Shown here piece by piece: positions 14,117-24,280 of a stretch of 64,000 nucleotides of DNA. How positions within the stretch are numbered: position 1 is the stretch's first letter; the number at the start of each line of letters is the position of its first letter. The notes beneath the pieces are model-generated. The model made no database searches, was not told the DNA's origin, and was given only the letters and a program-made list of their open reading frames with translations. A program made the position numbers and the translations under genes. The DNA lies in contig OX597817.1 of assembly GCA_951406725.2 (NCBI GenBank), positions 33,542,001 to 33,606,000 of the forward strand, written 5' to 3'. Source of the stretch: Octopus vulgaris (lineage: Eukaryota).

Positions 14117-15673
14117 TTAACAGTCCTCATTATCTGTGAGACGAGGTCGCTTTGCATCTGAACCAAAGAAGTTCACATTGATTGTTCCCCCATATATTGG
14201 AGCCGAGAAAATGGAGTGCAATGAACCAAAGCAAGTGACAGCGTTCCGAGATTGACTCGACGTAACGTTGACGGTGGAGGGGAGTTCATTTGCACTCGCT
14301 GCTGCTGTGTGTGACGGAGGTACAAGCGAACCAGGCTGGTCGTTGTTGCTACTAAGGATGTTACTGATGGCACGATGACGATCCATGTAACTATTGATGC
14401 TTTGCACATTACGATGTCCAGATATCTGCATGATTTCAGTTGGAGGAATGTTCTGGTCAGCGAGCTTCTGCACAAGGCATTTGCGTGCTGAATGGTTCGT
14501 GAATCTTCGATTGTCCAAACCAGCTGATTTAGCCATCCTTTTCATAATTGTACCTAGTTTGTTGACACCGACCGGTTGACGTTTAAACCAGGGATGAGAA
14601 TGGGAGGCATCTTTGCAGTTGGTGGCCAAATAAAATGGTGAATCCGGCGATGAATAATCTGATGGTCTCAGATCAGCAAAACGCTTGTACAGGTTAACTG
14701 GACAACGCCCATCATTCGTCGCCCATGCTTTTGGGTAGATGTTACGTGCATGGTCGAGATTATCACCTTGACAAGTTTTGGACTGTCGCTCCCTAAACTG
14801 AAGGAATTCCTTGCCTTCATTGTCAACATGCAAAGAAACGTCGCTCCATCGCATGTCGTTGTGAGGTTTGACACTCCGGATACCAAAGTGAACGGTGTTG
14901 TTCCACCATAGCGTGTTGAGGATGGATTCAGGTGTGTTCGGACCGAGCTGGTCACATTCCCATAGCTTGTTGATATCATCGTCGGAGAGAGATTCCGCGC
15001 GTCGAGGTAGGTTTCCCATTCCTTCACTTTTCAACAGCTTTTGCTTTGTTTTTAGTACATCATGTAGTTTCACGAATGTCCCGTCCGAGAATAGTGACGT
15101 CGAGTAGTGTTTTGACTTCAGATATCTTTCAATACTGGATAACATTCCCCTCAAAGATGAAGGTTCATAGTTGCTACCGTCCGGCTTTCGCAACGAGATA
15201 AAGAAAGTACACAGAATGTCACAAAGTTCGCTTTTGTCGATAGATTCAATTGGACGCGTGTCGCCATTTGTCGCCATGAAAGCAAACAATCGTTTAACAT
15301 CATAGTTTGTTTTCCGAAGCGTGTTTTTATTTTGATTACCTTGAACGAATTTATCTATTCCAGAATGATCATACCTCGGTTGAAATTCAAGATCATTATG
15401 GCTATCATCAAAGAAATCGTCACGAAGAAGATCATTGTACACCTCATCAGGGATGTTAAATGTAGGGTTCGATGACAATCCACTCGTCGATGACACTGTT
15501 TCAGGTACCTTTGTTAACCTGTATCCAGCAACATGTCGAACTTGGCCAGTATTGGTCTTTACATTGAACATTCTGTATGTTCCAAGAGTTTGAACAACGG
15601 ATAACACTCTTCCCCCATCTTTACCATCAATCTTAACAAAATCATTCACCTTGATATCGACAACAGTAGCCAT
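14117..15673 (-). CDS. Tyrosine recombinase of the Crypton / DUF3504 (KCTD1/QRICH1/ZMYM-related) family, 518 aa from ATG 15673
   Basis: Family motifs NKNTLRKT, FFISLRKPDGSNYEPSSL, GMGNLP, RCPVNLY, PFYL and WFKRQPVGVNKL. Catalytic set in ORF-track numbering: R291 (HFGIR), K324 (QSKT), H419-x-x-R422 (TNHSARK), H445 (SGH) and Y454. C-terminal IYGGTINVNF and NLS-like KRPRL. No stops or introns. Confidence 0.92.
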   Translation of the reverse strand: MATVVDIKVNDFVKIDGKDGGRVLSVVQTLGTYRMFNVKTNTGQVRHVAGYRLTKVPETVSSTSGLSSNPTFNIPDEVYNDLLRDDFFDDSHNDLEFQPRYDHSGIDKFVQGNQNKNTLRKTNYDVKRLFAFMATNGDTRPIESIDKSELCDILCTFFISLRKPDGSNYEPSSLRGMLSSIERYLKSKHYSTSLFSDGTFVKLHDVLKTKQKLLKSEGMGNLPRRAESLSDDDINKLWECDQLGPNTPESILNTLWWNNTVHFGIRSVKPHNDMRWSDVSLHVDNEGKEFLQFRERQSKTCQGDNLDHARNIYPKAWATNDGRCPVNLYKRFADLRPSDYSSPDSPFYLATNCKDASHSHPWFKRQPVGVNKLGTIMKRMAKSAGLDNRRFTNHSARKCLVQKLADQNIPPTEIMQISGHRNVQSINSYMDRHRAISNILSSNNDQPGSLVPPSHTAAASANELPSTVNVTSSQSRNAVTCFGSLHSIFSAPIYGGTINVNFFGSDAKRPRLTDNEDC

Positions 15674-15904
15674 CTTGTTGATAGATCTACCTGCACTGCA
15701 AGAGTATCGACGAGCAGACAATATATGTTGTGATTTTTTTGGCAACAAAAAATTGAATTACGACCAGAAATTTTTATATTTTATGTGTATATGACTTTAA
15801 GTGATATCTGGTATAAAAAAGATAGTATGTTTGTTTAATTACATGGCTACATTCTACCTGCTCGTGAAAGTTTAGTTGTAACTTATGAATGACAAAAGTA
15901 GTGC

Positions 15905-15950
15905 CGTCACCGTGACCTCGGGTCATCACCATGGATTGACCAATCAGAAG
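15905..15950 (-). promoter_or_regulatory. Putative promoter elements upstream of the YR ORF (CCAAT box and short palindromes)
   Basis: GACCAATCAG at 15938-15947 and palindromes GTCACCGTGAC and TGACCTCGGGTCA, about 250 bp upstream of the ATG. Confidence 0.35.
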
Positions 15951-16895
15951 CAGCGCTCGCAGTATCTGACGTATGTTAGATACCAAAAATATCTCAAAGT
16001 GTTCTCACTCACATGTGTGTAATAAATAATAATATTTCTATTTTTGAAGACCAGTGGATGTATTCCACTGAAATTAGGTAAATATTCCTTCGAACAGACG
16101 GTCAGCAGCGACGCCTGCTGGGTTCGGCTACTCTGCATTGCTAAAGGGTAAATACCCTGAAACATGTCTGCAGATGCTTGACCAGCAAGGAGAAGAGGCT
16201 AACTTCCCCTGTTCGAAGGTTATAATGGACACACGTTCGTGTGTCATATAGCTAGCTATAGGCGATGGCCTCTTGGAGCTAATCAACGGCAGCTTACGTC
16301 CTATATTTATGGACTGCCATATTAGCTTGGCGATAACTGTTAATATACAGTGATATCATTAATGATGTATTGTTGTGCAGATGACGTAGAAGAAACTGAC
16401 AAAGCTATTACAAGGACATCACCACTGGTAGCAGCAACAAAGCCGGCCAAACTTCTGTCCCACCCTACCATCTTAAAGAAGGTAAACGTAGACACTCATA
16501 TAAAGACTGGATGGTCATGACTGGAACGCAATTCAATATATGTTTACTCGATTCGGACTTGATCAATAATAAAACAACGACGACGATGACAAACAACGGT
16601 AACAACGCCAACATTAGTTGCTACACTTATGATTACAATATCTCTAGCATTAGTTAGCAACAACAGAAACATAGTAAAAATAACCCGTTATCAACAACGA
16701 CAACAATCCCTCGACTTTTAAATCTACTTCCCTTAAGAAACTATCGTCTTGTGAAAGAAAGGCTGCAGTATTGACAGAAACAAAATCCTTCGTTAATATT
16801 TGAATGCTTTAATACATCTTTTCAATTTGATTGCCAATTTTCGAAAATTCAAAGTTTATTGAAATTTTCAAAATTTAGTAAATTAACCCATAAAG

Positions 16896-17144
16896 TGGAG
16901 GCGCGTGGCTTAGTGGTTAGGGTGTCAGCATCATGAACTTACGATTTTGGTTTCGATTCCTGGACCGGGCGACACGTTGTGTTCTTGAGCAAAACACTTC
17001 ATTTCACATTGCTCCAGTCCACTCAGCTGGCAAAAATGAATAATACTGCGATGGACTGGCGTCCCGTCCAGCTGGGGAACACATACGCCATTGAAACCGG
17101 GCCCATGAGCCTGGATAGGCTTTAAAAGGGCGCACTTATTATTA
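16896..17144 (+). mobile_element. tRNA-derived SINE with 12-bp TSD
   Basis: A box TGGCTTAGTGG, B box GGTTTCGATTCC and a (TTA)n tail. TSD TAACCCATAAAG at 16884-16895 and 17145-17156. Confidence 0.9.
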
Positions 17145-18689
17145 TAACCCATAAAGCCCTTGGATTTGCACTTACATTGCACGGACTGCTGAGCACATTT
17201 TATGAAAATGAGACCACCATGCACACATAAAAATCAAAAAAATAGTTAAAATATCTTCTTTGTATATAATGGTGGCAAGTTTTACATCATCTGAAAAGTT
17301 ATTAATTGAACTATTAGCCCTCTTGCGTTCTCGGAGGTGGGGGGTATCGGAGCGTTTGACTGTCATTTGACCCTAACAAACGCCCATAAATCAAATGCAT
17401 CTATCTGGGCTACGATCACGGCCTGTTGACTTGTGCCTGACGGCCACTATCGTGGGCCGTCGTGATTTATGTGTTAACTCTTCGTGGGCCGGCGGGGCTG
17501 GAATTACGCAAAAGGCTATTAAGGTCCCCTTTTATTTCCGCACTATCCATAAAGTAATATTTGTTTAATCTTGTATATATGTGTGAGTGCATGATACAGA
17601 ACTAGAAACTTAGCACCATTTTTTATAGTTTTATAAACTATACATATAGCACTAAATGTAAAATAACACAAAATTATTTAGTGTATTGATTCATACCAGT
17701 ACAAATACGAAGAAAATTGACTTATAGTTCATCAGAATATCTGTAAAAAGAACAGAAAATATAATTTCACAGAAGGCCAATGGGGTCTAGTTGGACCAAT
17801 GACCATATTTTTTGCTATAACATCCCTATGACTGGAAATTTTAAACTCAAAATTTGTATGAGCATACATAAACTATTAACAATAAAAGTCATGAGATATA
17901 AAATCATTTAATTAAAATATGTAAAAGTTGCGTAACTTTAAAATTTGCTGGGGTCCCGAGGGACCCCCACCGGCCTATGAAGTGTTAATAGAGTTTTCCA
18001 AGCTGAATTTCAGGAGATATTTCACTTTTTCCAGCAAACTTTTTAAAAAAAGTTATAGAGGTTTGTTAGAGTTTGATCATTTTCACCCAATCAGAAAACA
18101 GGATTTAAAAGCTGTCATTTTGTGCGTGACAACGCGTGATGTCAACTGTAAACAAATGAAATACTAGCGGAATTCTGCTTTACGCACGCCATATACCTCT
18201 TCATAACTTCCTTTTTATTTTTTGGAAGTTTCAGATAATTTATGTGAATTCTCATTCTACACACAGAATTCATACATTGTGCAGAAACCAAAGCAAAAAT
18301 TTAGTGGTGCGTGATTTAGCTGTTATTTTTAGCACATCTCACCACCACCTCAATGAATAGAATATATTTGTCAACACGTACTTTCTCGTGCTTGGTTTGT
18401 TACTATGGAAACAAGCATGAATGTGTCTGTGGCTTACGATTAGCTAAAATTACCAAAAATTTGCAAATTTTAAAAGCTATTCACTATTTATTTATTGATT
18501 TATGGCGAAAATGAATTTCAGGGCATTGATTAGCATATAAAAGTATATCATTACACCGAATATCATATCAATTCGAACAGAAATTGAAGAAACTGAAAGT
18601 TGGCAGCCGAACAAAAGTTCCGTTTTAATGAAAAGGAGGACAATTATCAATTTCTTCGCATGATGCCGGAAAAAAACCCACTTTATTTT

Positions 18690-18765
18690 CGAGTTAAGTT
18701 ACGGGGACTTAAACATACCAGCATCGGTTGTCAAGCGAGGGTGAGGGAACAAACACAGACACACA

Positions 18766-18812
<47 letters not shown>

Positions 18813-19200
18813 GCCGGGCTTCTTTCAGTTTCCGTCTACGAAATCCACTCACAAGGCTTTGGTCGGCCCGAGGCTATAGTAGTAGACATTTGCCTAAGCT
18901 GCCACACAGTGGGACTGAACTCGGAACCATGCGGTCGGTAAGCAAGCTACTTACCACACAGCCTATTATTCAAATCTATTCAAGATATTGGTTTCAAATT
19001 TTGGCACAAGGCCAGCAATATTGGGGAAGGAGTAAGTCGATTATGTAGACCCCAGTGTTCAACTGGTACTTATTTTATCGAGCCCGAAAGGATATAAGGC
19101 AAAGTCGACCTCGGCGGAATTTGAACTCAGAACATAAAGGCAGACGAAATGCGGCTAAGAATTATATCCGGCATGCTAACGATTCCGTCAGCTTGCCGCC
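18690..19200 (-). mobile_element. SINE family A copy (about 18690-18965) followed by SINE family B copy (about 18985-19200)
   Basis: Direct similarity to the other copies of both families in the window. Confidence 0.8.
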
Positions 19201-19719
19201 TTAAAGATATCAAGATATGTTTCTGACTAGGACACTTCAAGATGGTTGCAGATCCTCTAACTTTGGAAGCAGATACAATAATTCTGTAGTAAAACTGCAA
19301 AAGTTACATGCAATAATAGAAGAGATATAATGTTTTCTTTAAGCTGTAGAATCCAATTTTAGGCATTGGTCTTAAGTCTTTTCAGAAAAGATAAAATTTT
19401 TAAAAACTTTATGCGTGTATTTATTCAAATATTTATACATTCATGATGGAATAGATAAATACACATCTCGTTCTGCTCTGTGGATTATAATCAAGCAGAA
19501 GAATATTGATTATATTCTAAATGTAAAATACCAGAAGAAAAAAAAAGACTATAGAATGTTGGGCGATATAAGAAAAATATTTAAATAGCTCAGTTTAACA
19601 GAAACATACGAAAGCAAGATTAATTATGTTTAGCTTTTTAAAAAGGTTTTTGACTTTATTTCAATACGTTAGATACGCATTTTTTTAGAGTTGTCCTAAC
19701 TGGAACAGCATGTAGCATA

Positions 19720-19774
<55 letters not shown>

Positions 19775-20494
19775 TGCTGTTGTCTTCTTCCAATCAGGAC
19801 TCACGCCATTAGCCACAAAGAATAATCTCTAATTCGAGCCTACTCTAAGCTACTAAGAATGTGTGTGGGAACTTGAAAATCCGGTTGCACGGGCGCGAAA
19901 GCTACGTTGTTATCTTCATTCTGTAAACGGTGGCTTTTAACGGGTGGAGAGCTGAACCATCCTGGGTTACAGAGGATTCGCAATCTAGACTAGGGTCTGA
20001 AAGCTTACCATACCATAGTGGGTTGCACTATGGTTCTTCTGCTTTGTGGCAGAAGTGGGAAGAAAGTGTGACAGAAAGTTGTAGTGAAAGAGTACAGCGG
20101 GGTTCACCCACCCCCACCGCCGGATCTTCGTGGAGCTTAGGTGTTTTTGCTCAATAAACACTCACAATGCCCGGTCTGGGAATCGAAACCGCGTTCTTAC
20201 GACCGCGAGATCGCTGCCCTAACCACTGGGCCATTGGCGAACATATTGGTGTTGGAGATGGCAGTGGCAAAAGAGGTGACTGTTTATCGTAGAAGTAATG
20301 AGTATCATTCGTTAATCAACGTGAGCTATTGGATTTGAACCACAGTCTAGAGGAGCTTATAATTTCTCCACTCTATATCCTTTGGTAGCGAAGCATTGCA
20401 AGATTGTGAAAAATTTCTAATTTTACATTACATTCATAATTTCACGAAGATGATCTCTACTACTACAGAGTATACACAAATATATAGTTAATAT

Positions 20495-20705
20495 GTAGTT
20501 AATCCAAACATAAAAACCCAAAGAGAAAACACAACAACGCGAAGACGTGGAACAAGTATAGTGTTATTGGACACTCAGGAAAGGAAAGAAAGAAGGAGGA
20601 TTCAACATTTCGAGTGGAGCTCTTCGTCAGAAACATAGGAAAAGGAAAGATCCAAGGAAGGAAAGACGAAGAGAAAAAAATCGCCAACAATACACACGCG
20701 GTCAC
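20495..20705 (-). mobile_element. Interspersed repeat with minimal hammerhead-like motif (Penelope pLTR-like), copy 3
   Basis: Minus strand reads GTTTCTGACGAAGAGCTCCACTCGAAATGTTGAA (20601-20634), keeping the CUGANGA and GAAA cores. Confidence 0.6.
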
Positions 20706-21888
20706 ATAGTGTTATACACACTCATATATCATCAGTAATTGGGTTACATAATACTCTGACCATATCGATCTGGCAAAGCAGGACGTTTTCGTTTAACAGA
20801 CATCTTAATAGCAAAACACTGTATATATTCAGTTTATACTGATGGTAGACGTTACTTTTAAATGTAGTCGAACTAACAAAGATTCCCTGCATGATCACTC
20901 TCCCGCCAGAATTAACTAAATTTCATTCAAATTACGATAAACCGAGCTAAAAATAATAGGAAGAGCACAGTGGATAATGTAGTCCTGGGTACTATACACC
21001 TTGCAATGAAAAAGACTTGACTAGATGTCCATAAATGATACTGCTTTGATAAGCTCTACTCGATAAGAGCCAAACTAGGGCTAAACAACAATTGAATAAA
21101 GTCCAAAGCGGGAGTCAATGAAGCCAACTCGACTTAAGCAATGACTACAGTGAGGCATATGCCAAATACTGAAAACTCCAACTCCTGTAGTTTCGCCAAT
21201 GTCGTTTTTGCGATGTGGATCTGTTGACTAATTATATCAAGTGGCCAGCATGGAAAAAGCTGTATAAGTAATAACTACTATAAATATATGATTATATAAA
21301 TATAATTAAGGGTACTGGAGAGGTACCACCATGCTAGATATAGTACCCTTAATTATATTATAGTTATACAATTATATATTTAAAGTACAGTATATATATA
21401 TATATATATTGCAATTGATAATCAGAGATTTTTTACGCGGTAAATATTCTTTATTATTATACAGTGGCCACATTTTCCCTCATTTCATGTTTTCTGCTTC
21501 AGTTTTATGTCAGGAAGTATGCACATCTGATAAAACCGAATCAACTTGTAAAGATGAAATGTTGATTTTTACTGAGAGTAGAGAACTGTAAGATGTTAGA
21601 TCACGTAGGAAAAAAACTTCTTTTGTATGTTGTATTTTACATCGTGCATTATTAGAAATCAATATTATAGACATTAAAATCTCCTTATTGAGTCTGAAGC
21701 ATTTACATTCGTTGATTTATATTCAGTAAAATTTCCGTGAAATCTAATCTTTCAACTTTATGATAACATACAAACAAATCTAGATTTCTGGACAAGAGTT
21801 TGAAATGGATGTTTCGATATATACACACAGCATATCTATCTATCTATCTATCTATCTAATCTAATCTATCTATCTATCCTTTCCACTC

Positions 21889-23161
21889 TTCTGCCTTTTG
21901 TGGAAAGGATGCGTTCCGATGGTCAGGCGATCCGTTTACTGCCAACACCCGTTAAAAGGAGGACTGGGCATGCTGTGGTTGATGATGCGCAGACACGCGC
22001 TGAGGCTGCGACATCTCCGGCTCTACGTAGACGACGGTGAACAGGTGTGGTCGCAGTTTGTGAGGCGCGCTTTCCCCCAGCTCCTCTCCATGACCGAACT
22101 GCAGTCGTGGAACAAAGAGGCCGAGGAAGGGCGAATGGCACCACGAATGTCGTGTTGCTCTCGAGCAACTATGCCATGCCGGGTCGACCTTGAGCGACTT
22201 CAACACAACCAAAGCATTCTATAGGAGTTTAGTGGAGGGGAGGTACGACGACGATCCTGGGCGTCGACGAGGAATACCTGACCCGTCTGTTCAAGACGAC
22301 ATTCGGGCCGGGACCTATGGACAACTTCCAGAGATCCCTGGCCTGGCAGTGCTATCGAGAAGCGCTACCCGTTCAGGATAAGCTTTATAGGCTCGAGAAA
22401 CAGGGGGCCGACCTGCCAGAGATGCGGTCAGAGCGACGAAACCGTTCTGCACGCATTTGTACAGTGTCCAACCATTTCTGACCTGTGAGCCTATGTCGAA
22501 CGACTGCTATCGCGTGTGGGACGAGTCGGTTTATCAACCGAGTCTATCGTGAATATCGTCGCGTCTCCTTCCTTGAAACGGGAAAGAAGAGTCATTTTCA
22601 TCGGTCCAGGACAAACAATTGCCTCTCTGGTTAATCACTCATCAACTTCTTCAAGTATCGCTTGAAGAGGAAGGTGAGAGTAGAGAAGGAAGTTTTGTCT
22701 AGTGAATGTTTCAAAAAAAAAAAAAAAAGATAGGTGAATGTAGCAAGGATGGCACGTGTGAATGACGGAACCAGCTTGAGCATAATCCTATGAACCAAAA
22801 AAAAAAAAAAGAAATGAAAAAGAGAGCCACTTATTGTAATGATTGATTGATTCTAGTTTCAGCTCATGAGCTGAGGCCATGCTGGGGCACCGCCATTATG
22901 ATTTTTTGCATGACATTATTGGCCAATGTTACCGTGGTCTTTTCCGTAGGCTTTTCTTTCCACGTATAAACCTAATCTGTTCCCATTTTTACATTGATAT
23001 TTCTGTGATACACGATCCCTATTGCCCCCCCACTTTTTTTTTCTCCACGATCCCTTTTGATCGAAATTCTACCCCTCCCTTTTTTTCTTCTTCCCAAAAA
23101 GAAAACCTCTACTTTGCATTTTGTCCCCTCTGTGTTCAGCCCCGTGTGGCCAATAAAGAAA
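21889..23161 (+). mobile_element. 5'-truncated Tx1/L1-clade LINE (post-RT region, zinc finger and 3' UTR) embedded in a (TATC)n microsatellite
   Basis: LWKGCVPMVRRSVYCQHPLKGGLGM matches the L1/Tx1 FLW.G......P...GGLG motif. Downstream frameshifted C..C...ET..H.F..CP zinc finger (about 22410-22470). Ends in AATAAAGAAA, with (TATC)n on both sides. Confidence 0.8.
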
Positions 23162-23579
23162 CATATCTATCTGCCTATCTATCTATCTGTCTGTCTGTCT
23201 GTCTATCAATCAATGTATGACTGTGCAGTTAAGAAGCTCACTTCGCAACAATGTGATTTCGGATTCTGTTCCACTACGAGGCATCTTGGGCAAATATCTT
23301 CCATAGTTTCGAGTTGATGACCAATGCCTAGTGAGTTAATTTGATGCGAATCACTCAACAGGGCGACACCAGCACCGGTGAGGTCTCCAAGTACCCGCAA
23401 GTTAAGACTTTTCAACTGGGCGGGTGAATATATTAGATATAGAAAAGGAGATGAACGTAGAGGATATCAGTTCGGTGTAGATGGAAATGAAGAAAATATG
23501 TTAAGTTAGAAGTTTGATGGAAGAATGAGTAACAGAAGATGAGTTGTGAGTGAAAGCTTGACGAAGCCTCAATACTGCT

Positions 23580-24195
23580 GAGATGGGCTGGCCTTCTCAA
23601 GCACAGCATAACACCATTCATCTCAGCGCCCCTTCCGCGTAATCTCCCTTGAGAGGCTCAACATATTGCGGTCAGTCTTCACCACTTCGTCCTACGTCAT
23701 GTTCTCTGTATTTACAGCTTAATTTTCACACTCAGCTAGCATTGTTATTTATATACAAGCATCGTACAATTTGCTCTTCTTTCTGAGAGAGAGAGGCCTT
23801 TAGTTACCAACAGAAATAAAAGTTCTCTGAACTTTCTCCAGTCAGTTCGTATTCTAGCAACTATCCCTTCAGAGCATCCTCCTCTACTGCTAATTAAGTC
23901 GCCTTGGTGTCTCCTGAACATTTCAGAACATCTAATGCGCATATGCTCTTACAGCTTATTCCTACTGTACATCTGCCACAAACAAATTCTATTTTCTCTA
24001 CGAACCTTCCTGTGATCCCACTGTACCTTTTATATGTTCATAGTTTGTACTGAGCACACCGTATGGAATTTATACCTACACCTTGTCTGTAAATGAAACG
24101 GGGCCATTTACCCGAAGAGATTAGCTTTCTGTCTGCTTTCCTGCAAATTAGAACTTTAGTCTTTGCTAAGTTAACTTTAAGACCCTTTGTTTCCA
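23580..24195 (-). mobile_element. Degenerate RTE-type LINE fragment (RT C-terminal region)
   Basis: LETKGLKVNLAKTKVL..SGKWP..GVGINSIRC and GDLISSRGGCSEGIVARIRTDWRKFRELL, with stops and frameshifts. Confidence 0.75.
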
Positions 24196-24211
24196 GACAG
24201 ACAGACAGACA

Positions 24212-24280
<69 letters not shown>

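Larger units (their letters stand above)
13675..16029 (-). mobile_element. Crypton-type tyrosine-recombinase DNA transposon, probably full length
   Basis: Contains the intact YR ORF. Left end has a hairpin (13675-13710 with 13734-13769). Right end 16015-16029 is exactly complementary to 13770-13784. No reverse transcriptase is present. Confidence 0.8.
13486..16352. mobile_element. Element bounded by 174-bp inverted repeats (13486-13659 and 16179-16352) with CACTG-type terminus, enclosing the tyrosine-recombinase element
   Basis: Manual ungapped alignment gives about 14 mismatches in 174 bp. The right end reads CACTGTATATTAACAG on the minus strand and the left end reads TACTGGATATTAACAG. No TSD is visible. 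Confidence 0.85.

Noticed and set aside
14117-15748. Host gene KCTD1, QRICH1, ZMYM or KIAA1958, or a bacterial or phage integrase contaminant
   Set aside because: There is no BTB or MYM zinc-finger domain, the ORF is intronless with an intact catalytic set and transposon-like ends, the motifs are of the eukaryotic DUF3504 type, and the flanks are host repeats. The TTG start at 15748 is rejected in favour of ATG 15673.
13675-16029. DIRS, Ngaro or VIPER retrotransposon
   Set aside because: No gag, RT or RNase H coding capacity is present in the 2.35-kb unit.
16896-16970. tRNA gene (also the heads at about 12050-12118, 27815 and 54781)
   Set aside because: The A and B boxes continue into SINE bodies with tails and TSDs, and there is no complete cloverleaf.
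16800-18600. Possible non-autonomous DNA transposon hosting the SINE at 16896
   Set aside because: The sequence looks transposon-like, but I could not define matching termini or a TSD by eye.
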